In this document: positions 24,533 through 38,404 of the stretch, piece by piece
Numbering within the stretch: position 1 is the first letter of the stretch
Layout of the letters: every line of letters starts with the position of its first letter
Source of the DNA: Octopus vulgaris
Taxonomy: Eukaryota
Length of the DNA stretch: 64,000 nt
Reading direction: 5' to 3'
Assembly (NCBI GenBank): GCA_951406725.2
Contig: OX597827.1
Coordinates: forward strand, 12,400,001 to 12,464,000
Translations under genes and position numbers: made by a program
The notes under the pieces: model-generated
What the model was told of the DNA's origin: nothing
Database searches by the model: none
What the model saw: only the letters and a program-made list of their open reading frames with translations

Positions 24533-25577
24533 TATACAGATAATCCTGAATATTATAGACAACATATAATTACATAGACTAATGGAAGAAAACTGATAGA
24601 TAGACAGATGGACAGGCGGTTGAATAGTTCTCAGAAACTCGTGCCAAATTTTGGTTGTTTCCAAATTATTGATTCTTGTCCAAACATTTCTGTGATGGGT
24701 GTTGGCAGTGTATCAAGGGAGATAAACGGTGCTGAACACAATGACCATTTTATAAAAATTACATTCACAGCAGCCAAGTAAAACGAAAACATTGAACTGG
24801 TATTAGTTAACCCCTTGTCACAATAAGGCTGTAAAGGTTTTTGTTCCTGTTAATCGATGGACACATCTCTGATTTCAAGGGAGCATGATGATTTGGATGA
24901 AAGTATCAGTGACTCATTCATCAGTAATAAGATAGCCGCAACTAATCTAAGGCTAGGAGAGCGTAGAAGCAGTCACTTTAGCCATTCAGTCACATACATG
25001 TAATAAATAAGATTAATTCTCTGATCCAAATTGAATAAAATATTCCAGCCAAAAAAAAGAGAAGAAAATGTTTTTGTTGCAGTGACATGTAAATACAGTG
25101 TATCAAGTTAATAAATAGTTTGATAAAAAGAAATAAAGAAATAAAAATTAAAAAATACTGACTTCTGAAAAGTTGTCAAAACTTTCCAATTCTAATAAAT
25201 CATTTATTCTATTTAATTTATCACTATAGATTAATTCTTTCCCAATTACTTAATTATATTTAGTATTCATTAATTTACTTTCCACGTTTCGATTTGTCTT
25301 TCTTTCCTTCCTTGAGCCCGCAGCTCCTGGCGGAATAACAGGGGTGCTGTCTTTGGTATTTAAGCCTTGGGAAGCCCATTCGTCTCCAGGCCTGTGCATA
25401 GCCAATTTTATTTATTTATTTGAAAGAAATAAAATGACAGAGAGAAAGAAAGAGATATATGAGAAAAATTGACACTGCGCTTGAGTGCAACTTTATTTAA
25501 CAACCCAGCCGACCTCAAAGCAATGTTAGGAAAACTAAGGAAAGTGAGCTGGTAGAATTGTTAGCACTCCAGTCATT

Positions 25578-25657
25578 TTCGAAATGTGTACTATATATAT
25601 TATATATTATATATATTAAATAAGCCTTAATCTTCATGCATATAATTTGGTCCACAT

Positions 25658-25692
<35 letters not shown>

Positions 25693-25833
25693 TTAAAAAT
25701 AGGATAAAATCTTTATAAGAAATTATCAAGTAGTTAGCATGAAAAACCTCGTAAGAGAAAAAATCTGTAAATTTTTTCAACTTTGAAAATACTCATTTAT
25801 ATTCGTGCGGTACCTATGAATAATAGTACCCTC

Positions 25834-25908
<75 letters not shown>

Positions 25909-26037
25909 ACAGGTTTCTTTCAGTTTCCATGAATTAAATTTACTCAAAATGCTTTTGTTTATTCAGGGCTATGGTAGAAGACACTTGCCCAATTTTCCAT
26001 GCAGTGGGATTGAACCCAAAACCATGTGTCCATACAT
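25578..26037. repeat. Copy of 23567-23831 inserted inside a SINE B, with an extra rearranged family F piece (25690-25842)
   Basis: Shared ttcgaaatgtgta...ggtccacattgt(TA)n(GA)n aacaggtttc...catgtgtccatacat. Confidence 0.8.
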
Positions 26038-26655
26038 TTCGTCTGTCTTGATGTTCTGTCATCAAATTCCACTGAGTTCAATTCTTGCCTTTCATCCTTT
26101 TGGGGGTCAATGAAATTAGTACCAGTCAAGCATTGGGGCTGATGTAATTGACTTAACTCCCTCCCTGTTACTAGTGACCCTGAGCCAAAATTTTTTCAGA
26201 AACTTTTTTTGTTGAAAAAAGACGTACGAAACGTAAACAGTCGTACCGGAAGTTGACTCATTTAATGTCAGAATAGGTTTTTACAGAAAAAATAAGAGCT
26301 TAAATATAATGACATTGACTTTTATTTATACTGGACAGTATAATGCTTACTTTTTCTGTATAAATTTACGAAAAACCATTAATGGTTAACTCCTTTTCGA
26401 AGTCTGACATAGATGCTGGTAATCACAGTCCAAGCCATATTTTACATATTTTACTCGGATAAGCAAAGTGTCATCCAAGCTGATGTTTATTGGTAATTAA
26501 ACTTAATTTGCAACACCTGTGCATATTTATCAGCTTTGTTTTTGTTGATAATTCTTATCAACAACTTACCTGTGATCATGGTTTGAGAAGGCATGCAGCA
26601 GTATACTAAAGATCAGACATACATTTAACTTCATGTACATATATAATATATACGC

Positions 26656-27056
26656 TTTTACACTTTTACTTGTTTCAGTCATTTGACTGCGGCCATGCTG
26701 GAGCACCGCCTTTAATCGAGCAACTCGACCCCGGGACTTATTCTTTTGTAAGCCCAGTACTTATTCTATCGGTCTCTTTTGCCGACCCGCTAAGTAACGG
26801 GGACATAAACACACCAGCATCGGTTGTCAAGCAATGCTAGGGGGACAAACACAGACACACAAACACACACACGCATATATATATACATATATACGACGGG
26901 CTTCTTTCAGTTTCCGTCTACCAAATCCACTCACAAGGCATTGGTCGGCCCGAGGCTATAGTAGAAGACACTTGCCCAAGGTGCCACACAGTGGGACTGA
27001 ACCCGGAACCACGTGGTTGGTAAACAAGCTACTTACCACACAGCCACTCCTGCGCC
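26656..27056 (-). mobile_element. Full SINE family A
   Basis: Head, body and tail intact. Confidence 0.9.
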
Positions 27057-27097
27057 TATGATAGATAGATAGCCTATCATATATGCCATGATAGATA

Positions 27098-27270
27098 GAT
27101 AGCCACTACACATTCTTTATTTTCCCTCTTTGTTTCTTTCTGTGTTCCTTTCTGAGGAAGAGCATAGGCTTGAAATGTTAAAGAGTTTTTCACTTCCCGA
27201 GCATTAAACTAATATAGCTGTTTGTTGTTTACACCACTTGTCTTTGTCTTTTTTTTATGTGTTCTCCTTA
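27098..27270 (+). mobile_element. Solo Penelope-like pLTR fragment with hammerhead-like motif (27148-27183)
   Basis: Homologous to the reverse complement of 41887-42082; CTTT-CTGAGGA-AGAGC ATAG GCTT-GAAA-TGTT-AAAG. Confidence 0.7.
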
Positions 27271-27668
27271 TGTGTGTGTGTATGTATGTATATGTAGTCT
27301 GTATGTCTGTATGACTAGCATCTTTCAGTTTCCAACTACCAAATTGATTCACAAGGCTTTGGTTGGCCCAGGACCATAGCAGAAAACACTCACCCACAGT
27401 CCCATGCAGTGTAACTGAACTTGGGACCATAGAAAGCAGACTAATAACTATCACTTTTACTATTTTAGTTTCACTTATGTCCATGCTATTTAATATTCAT
27501 GCATACAGTGCAGTAGGGACTGTATTATCTGAAGTGATCTTCTTTTGTTTAAGGGTGTGATTGAGAGAAATTTGGCTGCTCTTTCAAGTACGTCAAAAGA
27601 CTGCATGGATGCTCCCTTGTCGGGTACTCAACATGACATCAAGGTGATTTCACAACTATTTCAAGTAA

Positions 27669-27717
<49 letters not shown>

Positions 27718-27897
27718 CATACATGCATACATACACACATATATGTGCATGTATGTGTGTGTATATATGTGTGTGTGTGTACTTTAATTGGCAGAGTGTT
27801 CTTTACAAACATAACTATTGGCCCTTTACTCACTTCTGTAACTTACTGCCAATTAAAAAGTAAATGGATGTAGTATATGTATGCATATGTGTGTGTG

Positions 27898-27970
<73 letters not shown>

Positions 27971-29039
27971 GAATATATATATATGTATGTATATATATGA
28001 ATATATATAAATATGTATGTATATATATGTATATATATATGTGTATAAGTGTGTGTGTGTATATATATATGTATAAATATATATATATAAAAATGCAAGC
28101 ATATATTATGAAGCCCTAGTTTTAAATTTGACTCTACCCTAAATATTGTGACCCCCATGAGTAAGTGTTGTGCTGTTATTCATAAATTACCTTGTTTTAA
28201 CCCCTTACTTTCCACATATATTTATATACACTCATAGTTTAAATTGGAATTCCCTAAAGCATTTAAATGACATAAAAGTTTTTGTATTATTGAGTTCATT
28301 ATAATTTCGTTTTAAATATTTTTACTGCAATCTTTGCTATTTTGCATGGAACTTTTTGTGTTTGTATTTGTGTGTGTGTGTGTTTGTGTGTGGTGTGTGT
28401 GTGCATGTGTGTGTGTATTTGTTTACCTTCTCTCAAAATGAGGACATTTCTATAAACTAAGAATGCACTTTGTGATTTTGTATGGCATCTAATACACCTT
28501 TATTCACTTTTGTTACGAAAATCATGAGAGAGAACACTGAGTTATTTTACTTAACTGATTTTCATTCATCCATATATATATATACACACACATATATACA
28601 TACAAACATATATATATATATGTATATGCTGAAGAGAGCTTCACCAATTGTAAATTATTTTATTTACAAAAGATTGCTTGAAACTATGCATCTCTCTCAC
28701 TTGCACTCTTATTGTTTTCCCCTCTCTCTCTCTCTCTCTCTCTCTCTTTTCCTCGCTCTTTCTTCTGGTTGGGTAACCATGTATCTCCTTTACAGCAACA
28801 CACCTCCTTATGACCCCATTCTTATAAACTCTCTCTCTCCCTTTCTCTCATTCTCTTTCTCTCTCTCTCTCTCTCTCTTTTCACTCACACTGTCTCTCTC
28901 CCCTCTACTCCCTCTCCCCTCTGCTCCCTCTCCCTCTCCCTCCTCTCTCGCCCACTCTCCCTCTACTCTCTCGCCCTCTCCCTCCTCTATCGCCCTCTCT
29001 TTCCTCTCTCTCCTCTCTCTCCCCTCTCTCCATCTCTCT

Positions 29040-29507
29040 GACTGGGTAACCACATACCTCCTCTACAGCAAGACACCTGCTTCTGTCTCTCTGTCTCTCT
29101 GTCACTCTCTTAACTTTCATCATCTGACACAAGATCACCTCCCCCAAAGCCCCCTCCTTCCCAAAAGATCCTTGTCTTGCAAGATACTTGGTGACCCTGT
29201 CAGTGCTGGTGCCGCGTAAAAAGCATCCAGTCCACACTGTTAAGTGGTTGACATTTGGAAGGGCCCCCAGCTGCAAAAACCATGCCAAAAACTGACCTCG
29301 CCTGCACTGGTGCCACGTAAAAAGCAGTCAGTCCACTGTGCAGGGTGGTAGGTGTTAGGAAGGGCATCCAGCCATAAAAAGCATACCTAAACAGACATAG
29401 AAGCCTGGTGCAGTCTTCAGTCTGGCCAGCTCTTGTCAAACTGTCCAACCCATGCCAGCATGGAAAGTGGACGTTAAACAAAGATGATGATGATGATGAT
29501 GATGATG
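29040..29507 (+). mobile_element. RTE-like LINE family E 3' region with (GAT)n tail
   Basis: Repeated gcc(a/g)cgtaaaaagca, GGAAGGGCATCCAGC, CCAACCCATGCCAGCATGGAA. Confidence 0.7.
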
Positions 29508-29614
29508 CTTTGAAATTATGTAATTAAAATTGTTTTTCTTGATTTACTATGTATCACATCTTGCTCCATTTCTTATTGTCATTTGAATTTGTATAAACAT
29601 GTAAAATGCTCTCA

Positions 29615-30025
29615 GGCGCAGGAGTGGCTGTGTGGTAAGTAGCTTGCTAACCAACCACATGGTTCTGGGTTCAGTCCCACTGCGTGGCACCTAGGGCAAG
29701 TGTCTTCTGCTATAGCCTTGGGCCGACCAATGCCTTGTGAGTGGATTTGGTAGACGGAAACTGAAAGAAGCCTGTCATATATATGTATATATATGTGTAT
29801 GTATGTGTGTTTGTGTGCGTGTTTGTCCCCTAGCATTGCTTGACAACCGATGCTGGTGTGCTTATGTCCCCGTCACTTAGCGGTTCGGCAAAAGAGACCG
29901 ATAGAATAAGTACTGGGCTTACAAAGAATAAGTCCCGGGGTCGATTTGCTCGACTAAAGGCGGTGCTCCAGCATGGCCGCAGTCAAATGACTGAAACAAG
30001 TAAAAGAGTAAAAGAGTAAAAGAGT
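29615..30025 (+). mobile_element. Full SINE family A
   Basis: Head through (TAAAAGAG)3. Confidence 0.9.
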
Positions 30026-30061
30026 ATATGTATGAATTGGTGGCTGGCACAACAAACAAAT

Positions 30062-30189
30062 TCATTATTATTGTTGTTGTAATCATTATCATCGTCATTG
30101 TCATCGTCATCGTCGTCATCATTACCATCATCTTCATCATCATTACCATCAACACCATCATCATCATCATCATCATCATCTTCATCATC

Positions 30190-30223
<34 letters not shown>

Positions 30224-30425
30224 CCATCATCATCATCATTACCATCATCATCATCATCATCATTACCATCATCATTATCATCAACACCATCATCATCATC
30301 ACCATCATCATCATTCTCATCACCATTATTTTTACTAATAATAGCAGTATTATCCTCCTCCTCTTTATCGTCATCATCATCACCATCATCACATTACCAC
30401 CACCACCATCACCACCATCATTATT
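30062..30425. repeat. (CAT)n/(CAC)n trinucleotide tract
   Basis: Direct reading. Confidence 0.9.
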
Positions 30426-30870
30426 AATGTGTTATCTTTCTTCTGGTTTTATTACCATTAACGCAGACATATTTCACAATTTGGTTTCCTACATTTCCTT
30501 CCTCGTTATTTCAATAATTTTCATTTACACTTATGGACTGAAAGTTTGTCAAATTTAAAATTCAATGTAGTACATTATTGTGAAATTTTTCGATAATAAT
30601 TATAATAAATATAAAGAAAATTTATAAAATAAAGGCTAATTGTCTTTCTCAAGTGTTCATCTACTGGAAAGATAAAGTTGTTGCATTATCAACGCCATTT
30701 AGACCATCATTCTGTCTGTAAGTCTTTAACATATCTTTAGCTTATACTCTGCTTAAAGAATAAAAATTGTTAAGCCTTCAGCATTCTATTTCACACTTCA
30801 ATTGCTGATTGATTAACCTGAGAGACACCCATATTATAGAAGGAAGAAACAGCTGCCCCAGGGAATCGTC

Positions 30871-31075
30871 TACATGGGGGGTGTTGAAAGGTTTCTGGGT
30901 TTAAGGTTATTGTGAAAGGTCTGGTTGGAAGCCCCACCTTCTGAGTTCTTTTACAGGGCTTACAAAAACTGAAGGACCATTGTAATAAGTATGCGAATCT
31001 GAGAGGGAAACGTGTTGAATAAAATCCTAATTAACTGATCTTCCTGTATATATAAATACTTTACAGCTCTGTGCT
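30871..31075 (+). mobile_element. Internally deleted mariner-type element
   Basis: TA-CATGGGGGGTGTTGAAAGG left end; residual transposase C-terminus WLEAPPSEFF / LQGLQKLKDHCNKYANLRGKRVE*; related piece at 34100-34180. Confidence 0.65.
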
Positions 31076-31165
31076 TCAGTCTGTTTCTTTTTCGGGCCGA
31101 CCAATGCCTTGTGAGTGGATTTGGTAGATGGTAACTGAAAGAAGCTTGTTGTATATATATATATA

Positions 31166-31333
31166 TTAGAGGGAAACCACTATGTGGACACCCTTATGCT
31201 AGAAATAGATCCGCTATGGTCTTACCACTAAGAAATGTTCTCAAGAAAGATTTAGCAAAATAACCAAAACGTTTTAAGACCATAGCGGATCTATTTCTAG
31301 CATAAGGATGTCCACATAGTGGTTTCCCTCTAA
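31166..31333. mobile_element. Fold-back MITE in (TA)n: 59-bp arms with 1 mismatch, 50-bp spacer
   Basis: TTAGAGGGAAACCACTATGTGGAC...GGTCTTA / TAAGACC...GGTTTCCCTCTAA. Confidence 0.85.
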
Positions 31334-31423
31334 TATATATATATATATATATATACATTACCCCACTTATAACACCATTCTTAGGTGATGGTAGTCTACT
31401 ACAACCATATTCTCTATCATATA

Positions 31424-31829
31424 GGCGCAGGAGTGGCCGTGTGGTAAGTAGCTTGCTAACCAACCACATGGTTCCGGGTTCAGTCCCACTGCGTGGCATC
31501 TTGGGCAAGTGACTTCTGCTATAGCCCCGGGCCAACCAATGCCTTGTGAGTGGATTTGGTAGACGGAAACTGAAAGAAGCCCGTCGTATATATGTATATA
31601 TATGTGTGTGTGTGTATGTTTGTGTGTCTGTGTTTGTCCCCCTAGCATTGCTTGACAGCCGATGCTGGTGTGTTTATGTCCCGTCACTTAGCGGTTCGGC
31701 AAAAAGAGACCGATAGAATAAGTACTGGGCTTACAAAGAATAAGTCCCGGGGTCGATTTGCTCGACTAAAGGCGGTGCTCCAGCATGGCCGCAGTCAAAT
31801 GACTGAAACAAGTAAAAGAGTAAAAGAGT
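31424..31829 (+). mobile_element. Full SINE family A
   Basis: Head through tail. Confidence 0.9.
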
Positions 31830-32047
31830 ATACCAAATGTACACTGATAACACTCTCTACCAAACACCATTCACATTTTAGAAGTTTCTTAATTTACCAT
31901 TTCACAAAACTTTCTAACCAAGTTTAAGTCATACTATATAACTTTAAAACAACAACTGTTATTTAACAGTTTCTCATTTAACCATTTCTCAACAGGAGCA
32001 AAACTTTCTAAGCATATTTAGTTATAGCATATTTGGCAATTGAATAG

Positions 32048-32198
32048 ATGTGGTGGTGGTGGTGGTAGTGTTGATGGTGTCGGGCTAGGGTCTGGCAAAA
32101 TTGATCACTTGAAAGATCTGGCCATTATTGATGGCATGTCACCATCACTGGAGCTTAAGCAAGAAGAAGATGTAAAGCCAACTCCGACAACATTATAA
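32048..32198 (+). CDS. Candidate terminal exon, unknown gene
   Basis: AG|A then CGGGGGSVDGVGLGSGKIDHLKDLAIIDGMSPSLELKQEEDVKPTPTTL*; weak polypyrimidine tract. Confidence 0.25.
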
Positions 32199-32400
32199 GG
32201 GTGATGCTGTACATACATACATGCTTGTGTGTGTGTATGTGTGTGTGTACGTGTGTGTGTGTGTGTTTGTGTGTGCGTGTGTGTAATGCTGCAGTGTTTT
32301 AAAATTAGTGGTGTGAGCTACGGCAGAACATCTAATGGGTTTTAATTTCATGGTATAGCAGACAGACAGACATGAAAATAGTTTCAAAGTTACATGCACA

Positions 32401-32435
<35 letters not shown>

Positions 32436-32505
32436 CATATGTGTGTCCACCCATGTGTGTGCATATATATATGTGTGTGTATATATATATATATATATGT
32501 ATGTG

Positions 32506-32560
<55 letters not shown>

Positions 32561-34404
32561 GTATATATATGTATATATATGGAGAGATATATAGATACAC
32601 ATACACCACATACATATATAAAAACACACACAAAGCACACTCACATGCATACATACACATAGACACAAACTCACACACACATATACACACACACATTTAT
32701 ACGTATATATGTATGCATGTATATATATATATTTAAATATATATATATATATATATTTCTGTGTGTGTGTATTAACCAACGCTTATATGCGATATTTTCT
32801 TCATATTTTGACAGAAAGATAAGTTGCCATTTTAACTCTTTCAAGCTTAACTACAGTTAAAGTACAGTTAAACTGCAGTCGTGAATATAGCTTTGTTTGG
32901 TCGTTCAATCTATTTTCAAATAGCAGCAGCTAAACCTTTCTCAAACCACTCTTCAGTATCTTAATAAAAGCACAAATGGAAACCAAACAAAAAGATTATG
33001 CTACAAAATTTTAGCTAAAAAAATGTTATATTTATATGATCCTGAAATATTTCTTTTTCAAATGTCATAATGTGTTTTGTGCACCAAGAGTGCTACAAAC
33101 TATTTATGTGGTGCCTGAGCAAAAAGATAGCTTCATTTTATCAAATATTTCTGTAATTATCTTACTGGACATAATGCTTTTGGTCTTAATTTTCATCTGC
33201 CTATATTCCTTATTAAACTATGCTATAACATTCCTTCCATGCTAGCTTTTCTGCTAGTTTTACTAGTAAACTTTAATTGAACCTTTCAGCAAGCAATTTT
33301 GCAAAGTAAAACTCCCAAGTCTCCTTCAATTCACGTTTTTTTGGAGGGCTTATATGGCTTTGTCGATTTTGGACATTGGTCATCATCATCATCATCATCA
33401 TAATCATTTAACATCTGTTTTCCATGCTGGCATGTATTAGATGGTTTGACTGGAGCCTGGTAAGCTAGAGAGCTGCACCAGGCTCCGAGTTGTCTGTTTT
33501 GGCTTGATTTCTACAGCTGGATGTCCTTCCTAATTTATTTCCTTATATTGGCCATAAAGGCCTTACATAGAGAAAGGAAGCTGCAGGCTAGACCCAGACA
33601 TAATGTTATTTATATGAAATAAAAAATGAAAATGATGATGAATGGGGGAAAAAGCGATGTCCGCCGATCATTCTTTCACAAGAATATTGATCTCTTATAT
33701 CATTTCATGAAGTAACAGACCTCTTACATTGCTTACAATATTCAATAACAAAATGAGGCACTAAGCCTCTTACCTTTTTTTCAAAACTAGGAACTTTCAA
33801 TAACACTGAGGCTTTGCAACCTCTTATCCATATTCCTCCCTAACATCCCTTGTGACCCCATCCTCTGCCATCACCCACGCCTCATTCAAGCACAAAGCAG
33901 GTGCCGTGTCAGCGTCACCCAGCCACAAGCGATATTCCTCATTGAGTCCTTCCAGACTATGCAACACTGGCAATGTTTGCAGAGTTAATTACATACTAAA
34001 ACAGGAGATTGGAAAAGATTTTGGCATTATTTATTGACCATTACACATGTTTCGTTTGCTAATACAAGTTACAAAATAGTACATGTAGGAGAAATAAATA
34101 TGAGAAAGGTGCTGAAAAGATCCTGGTATCAAAAAAAGCCTGGTTGGAGGCTACAAAAATTGAAGGACTGTTGCAATGTTAAGACCTCCACAGCTATCTG
34201 CGGAGGTCATTCAGGATCCTGTGTACAGGCTAAAGGTACTCCCTTATGGTGCTTTTCCAACACCTTGGCCTTAGGAAGGATGCCTTTCCTAATGCCAACC
34301 ACTTTACAGAGTGTATTGGGTGCTTTCTCATGTCACAAGCATGGGTGTCTTTTATGTGTCACTGGAACGGATGTCATTTACATGAGTGCTTTTTATATGT
34401 CACC

Positions 34405-35010
34405 AACCAGAGACCGAGACATTTGGAAGTATGCTGTGTGCGGGAAGACCCGGCAGGACAAGTGAGACCATAACCCGTGACCTCTACCTGGGACGTAGCC
34501 AGCCCACTTATGCATACCTTTCCTTCTTGTGACACAAACCCTACTTGTGAAGACCTGTTGAGGCAAGTAAAAATCAAATCAAAATCAAAAAGCGAAATCG
34601 ATCAACATCAATGGAAATTGTAGCTGTGATACCAGTGCCGATGGCACGTAAGAGAACCATCTGAACGTGGCCGTTGCCAGCGCCGCCCCGAATGGCCTCT
34701 TTGTCAGTGGCACGTAAAATGCACCATCTGATTGTGGTCGTTGCCAGCCTCATGTGGCCCCGTGCCGGTGGCACGTAAAAAGCACCATCCGATCGTGGCC
34801 GTTTGCCAGCCTTGTCTGGCACCTGTGCAGGTGGCACGTAAAAAGCACCCACTACACTCACGGAGTGGTTGGCGTGAGGAAGGGCATCCAGCTGTAGAAA
34901 CACTGCCACATCAGACTGGGCCTGGCGCAGCCTTCTGGCTTCCCAGACCCCAATTGAACCGTCCAACCCATGCTAGCATGGAAAACGGACGTTAAATGAT
35001 GATGATGATG
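34405..35010 (+). mobile_element. 3' end of an RTE-clade LINE (family E): ORF C-terminus, repeat-containing 3' UTR and (GAT)n tail
   Basis: ...RDRDIWKYAVCGKTRQDK* (DRxxW-type RTE C-terminus) followed by GTGGCACGTAAAA repeats. Confidence 0.7.
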
Positions 35011-36360
35011 GGAGACCTTTTACATGTCCTTGGCACAGGTACCAAATATATCCTGGTTCATTAGAACTTACTTCCAAATAATTCAGATCTTTTTATATCT
35101 TTCCTCATTGGAACACAGAACTTCTGCAAACTTCCTATTTTCAGCTTCTTTCAGATTTTCATGTTTCCAAGTAATACACTTGTATTTTTTTTTAACGATT
35201 TTTGTGTGTGTGTGTTTGTGTGTTTTTCTTCTTTTTTTCTGTTATTGGTTTGGTCTCAAGGAAGAGGTTGTGCTTGTTGTCTACTGGCCCACCGAGACCA
35301 AGGAAAACAACGTGGTGATATTAGACACATATTCTCATATGTGCACAAGAGATAGAGTAATAGTGAAAGAGAGAAGGAAAGAAAGGAAGAAAGACAGAGA
35401 GAAGAGAAAAAGAGAGAAGGGAAGAGAAGAGATAGATAGATAGAAGGAGAGAGAAAGAGAAAAGAAAGAGAGAGAATGAGAGAGAGAGAGAAGAAACAAA
35501 GTCAGAAAACTGTGAAAATTTTCTTTCTTTAACTCAGGGAAAATGAGTAAAAAAAAGAATAAAAGAGAACAAATATAAAAATTTCTAAAGATATATATAT
35601 ATATATATACACAAAAATACAATAGCTAGACATCAAATTAGTAGTGACCTGACAATGATCAACAGCCAACCACGTATTATGTGGTATTTTACACACATTA
35701 CGGCTACTCAAAGAGCAATTCCAATGCGTTATCGGAAATATTTCAAGATTATTTGGTTGGATGTCTGCTATGAGAAGAAACAAAATTCAATGACTCTCAG
35801 GAAGCCAATTCTCGCAAATAACTGCCATTCTTCGCCATCATCACCATATCACCACCACTACCACTAACACCATTACCACCACCACCAACACCATTACCAC
35901 CACCGCCAACACCAACTTCACCACTGTCATTACCATTGCCATCATCACCACCTCGGCACCACCCAAACAAATACAAATCATACTGCTGCCAACATCCACT
36001 CTTACATCACCTTACCCCCCCCTAACCACCATCACCCCCCCATTATCACCATTACTACTACCACCACCATTACCACCCCCACCCCCACCCCCACCCCCAC
36101 CCCCACCATCATCACTGTCCTTCTATCACTATTTCCATAAACTGTATGAGAAAAACATTTTCGGGCCAACCTTTTGCGATGTGTATTGATGCTGCTATTA
36201 CTATTATTGTAAATTATCAGCAGTAGATGTAAAATAAATCTTTTATTGTTGACCTTTCCGATTCTTGAAGCAATGCGAAAACATTGGTAGTGGAGAGAAG
36301 TTTTGTCACACAGAGTAATATTTACCTAGCAGCCATCTTGAATTGTACTTTCGTTTTCAG

Positions 36361-36388
36361 TGGACACCTTCAATAATAATAGTCTAAG
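36361..36388 (+). other. Candidate 28-nt micro-exon
   Basis: tactttcgttttcag|TGGACACCTTCAATAATAATAGTCTAAG|gtaagt, with consensus-grade splice sites in unique sequence. Confidence 0.3.
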
Positions 36389-36601
36389 GTAAGTGTCAAA
36401 GGAAATAACGAGAGGAAATTTGTAAACATGATAGCATTCTAAGAGCGAGAGAATGGTGAAATAAGTTTATTTGCAGACATAATTACATATTGAAAATTGT
36501 ATCTGAGCCAAAGAAAATTGATACACTTTGCAAATATATGGATTTTTCTAGCATATATATCAAGTTTCTTTCAGATCATTAACAATCCAGAAAACCTCAA
36601 G

Positions 36602-36640
<39 letters not shown>

Positions 36641-36705
36641 CAGTCATTCCAATACATACATACATACATACATACATACATACATACATACATACATACA
36701 TACAT

Positions 36706-36736
<31 letters not shown>

Positions 36737-37311
36737 TACATACATGCATACATATATACTTACATATATATGCATATGTACGTATATATGTATATATATA
36801 TATATACACACACACAAATATATATGTATATATCTATATATATATTCACACACATATATACATCTATATGAATATATATATACACACATATATACATTTA
36901 TATGTATATGTATACACACACACAAATATATATGTATATATCTATATATATATTCACACACATATATACATCTATATGAATATATATACACACATATACA
37001 TTTATATGTATATGTATACACACACATGCACACACACATACTCACATACACATACACACACTCATATACATATACATGCAAACAATATACAACTGTGGTG
37101 GTTTTATTGGAAGCAAAATAAAACATTGAAACTTTGTTATGACATCAAGATATTGGTTCTAATTCTTGTGAATGCTAAGTGGAAAGTTTCTGGAAGTGAC
37201 TGTAAATAGACTTCTTTGCAAAGATATATATTCTAACACTGTTTTATGTCTGTCTGAATATTTGTTCTCTGTACAAACATTAAAATTCTATGGACTGGAG
37301 CAAGGGACTAA

Positions 37312-37539
37312 ATGAAGAAGAAGAAGGAGAAAGAGAAGGAGAGGATGGAGAAGGAGAAGGAGAAGAAGAAGAAGAAGAGGAAGGAGGAAGATGAAGAAGG
37401 AGAAGGAGGAGAAGAAGAAGGAGGAGGTGAGAGGAGGAGGAGGAGGAGGAGAAGAAGAAGAAGAGGAAGGGAAGAAGAAGAAGAAGAAGAAGAAGGAGGA
37501 GGAGGAGGAGGAGGAGGAGAAGGAGAGGAAGGAGAAGGA

Positions 37540-37574
<35 letters not shown>

Positions 37575-37865
37575 AGAAGAAGAGGAGAAGAAGAAGAAGA
37601 GGAAGAAGTAGGAGGAGGAGGAGGAGGAGGAGAAAAAAGAAGGAAACAAAGAAGAAGGAGAAGAAGAAGAAGAAGAAGAAGAAGTAGGAGGAGGAGAAGA
37701 AGAAGGAAAAGAAGAAGGAAAAGAAGAAGAAGGAAACGAAGAAGAAGAAGAAGAAGAAGTAGGAGGAGGAGGAGGAGGAGGAGAAGAAGAAGAAGGAAAA
37801 GAAGAAGGAAACGAAGAAGAAGAAGTAGGAGGAGGAGGAGGATGAGGAGGAGAAGGAAAAGAAGA
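37312..37865. repeat. (GAA)/(GGA) polypurine tract
   Basis: Direct reading. Confidence 0.95.
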
Positions 37866-38404
37866 CCAGTTTACTATCAAGGTAAAAGCATCTGTACATT
37901 TTAATGACAGTATTAAGCTTGCTGCTTTTTATTTCATTGTTGTTCGATTTAATTGTTCTCTGTCAACATCGTTATACTCAGCTTGTTCCACCTGCTCCTC
38001 CTTGCTCCTCCTCTTGTCCCTCTTGCTCCCCCCTCCTCCTCCTCCTCCTGTCCCTCTTGCTCACCCCTCCTCCCCCTCCTCCTTTTTGTCACCATTGCAT
38101 TATCAATGATATAATAGTTACCGTTACTCAGCATCACAAACGACTGCAGCTTCCAAAGCAATCATTTCTTACAATAGAACCAGCAACAATTGAATATAGC
38201 TGGTGTTCTGCTCTGGCCCCCGCTTCTTTCAAATTTTAACCTTTCGCCTTAGCTTCTAGCATATAGCCACCTTCCTCTTTATTGTAGCTCCACTCAGTAA
38301 GTAAGAAGGGGGGATCTTTCGTTTTGTGTCGCGCATGGTGACTTCACCAGGGTTGGTGCCACAGAAAAAAAAGAAACCCGCACAAAACAATAAAAAAAAA
38401 TGAA

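Noticed and set aside
33826-33972. Minus-strand reading LHSLEGLNEEYRLWLGDADTAPALCLNEAW.. as an exon
   Set aside because: Weak acceptor, no recognisable homology, lies among element fragments; cannot be supported
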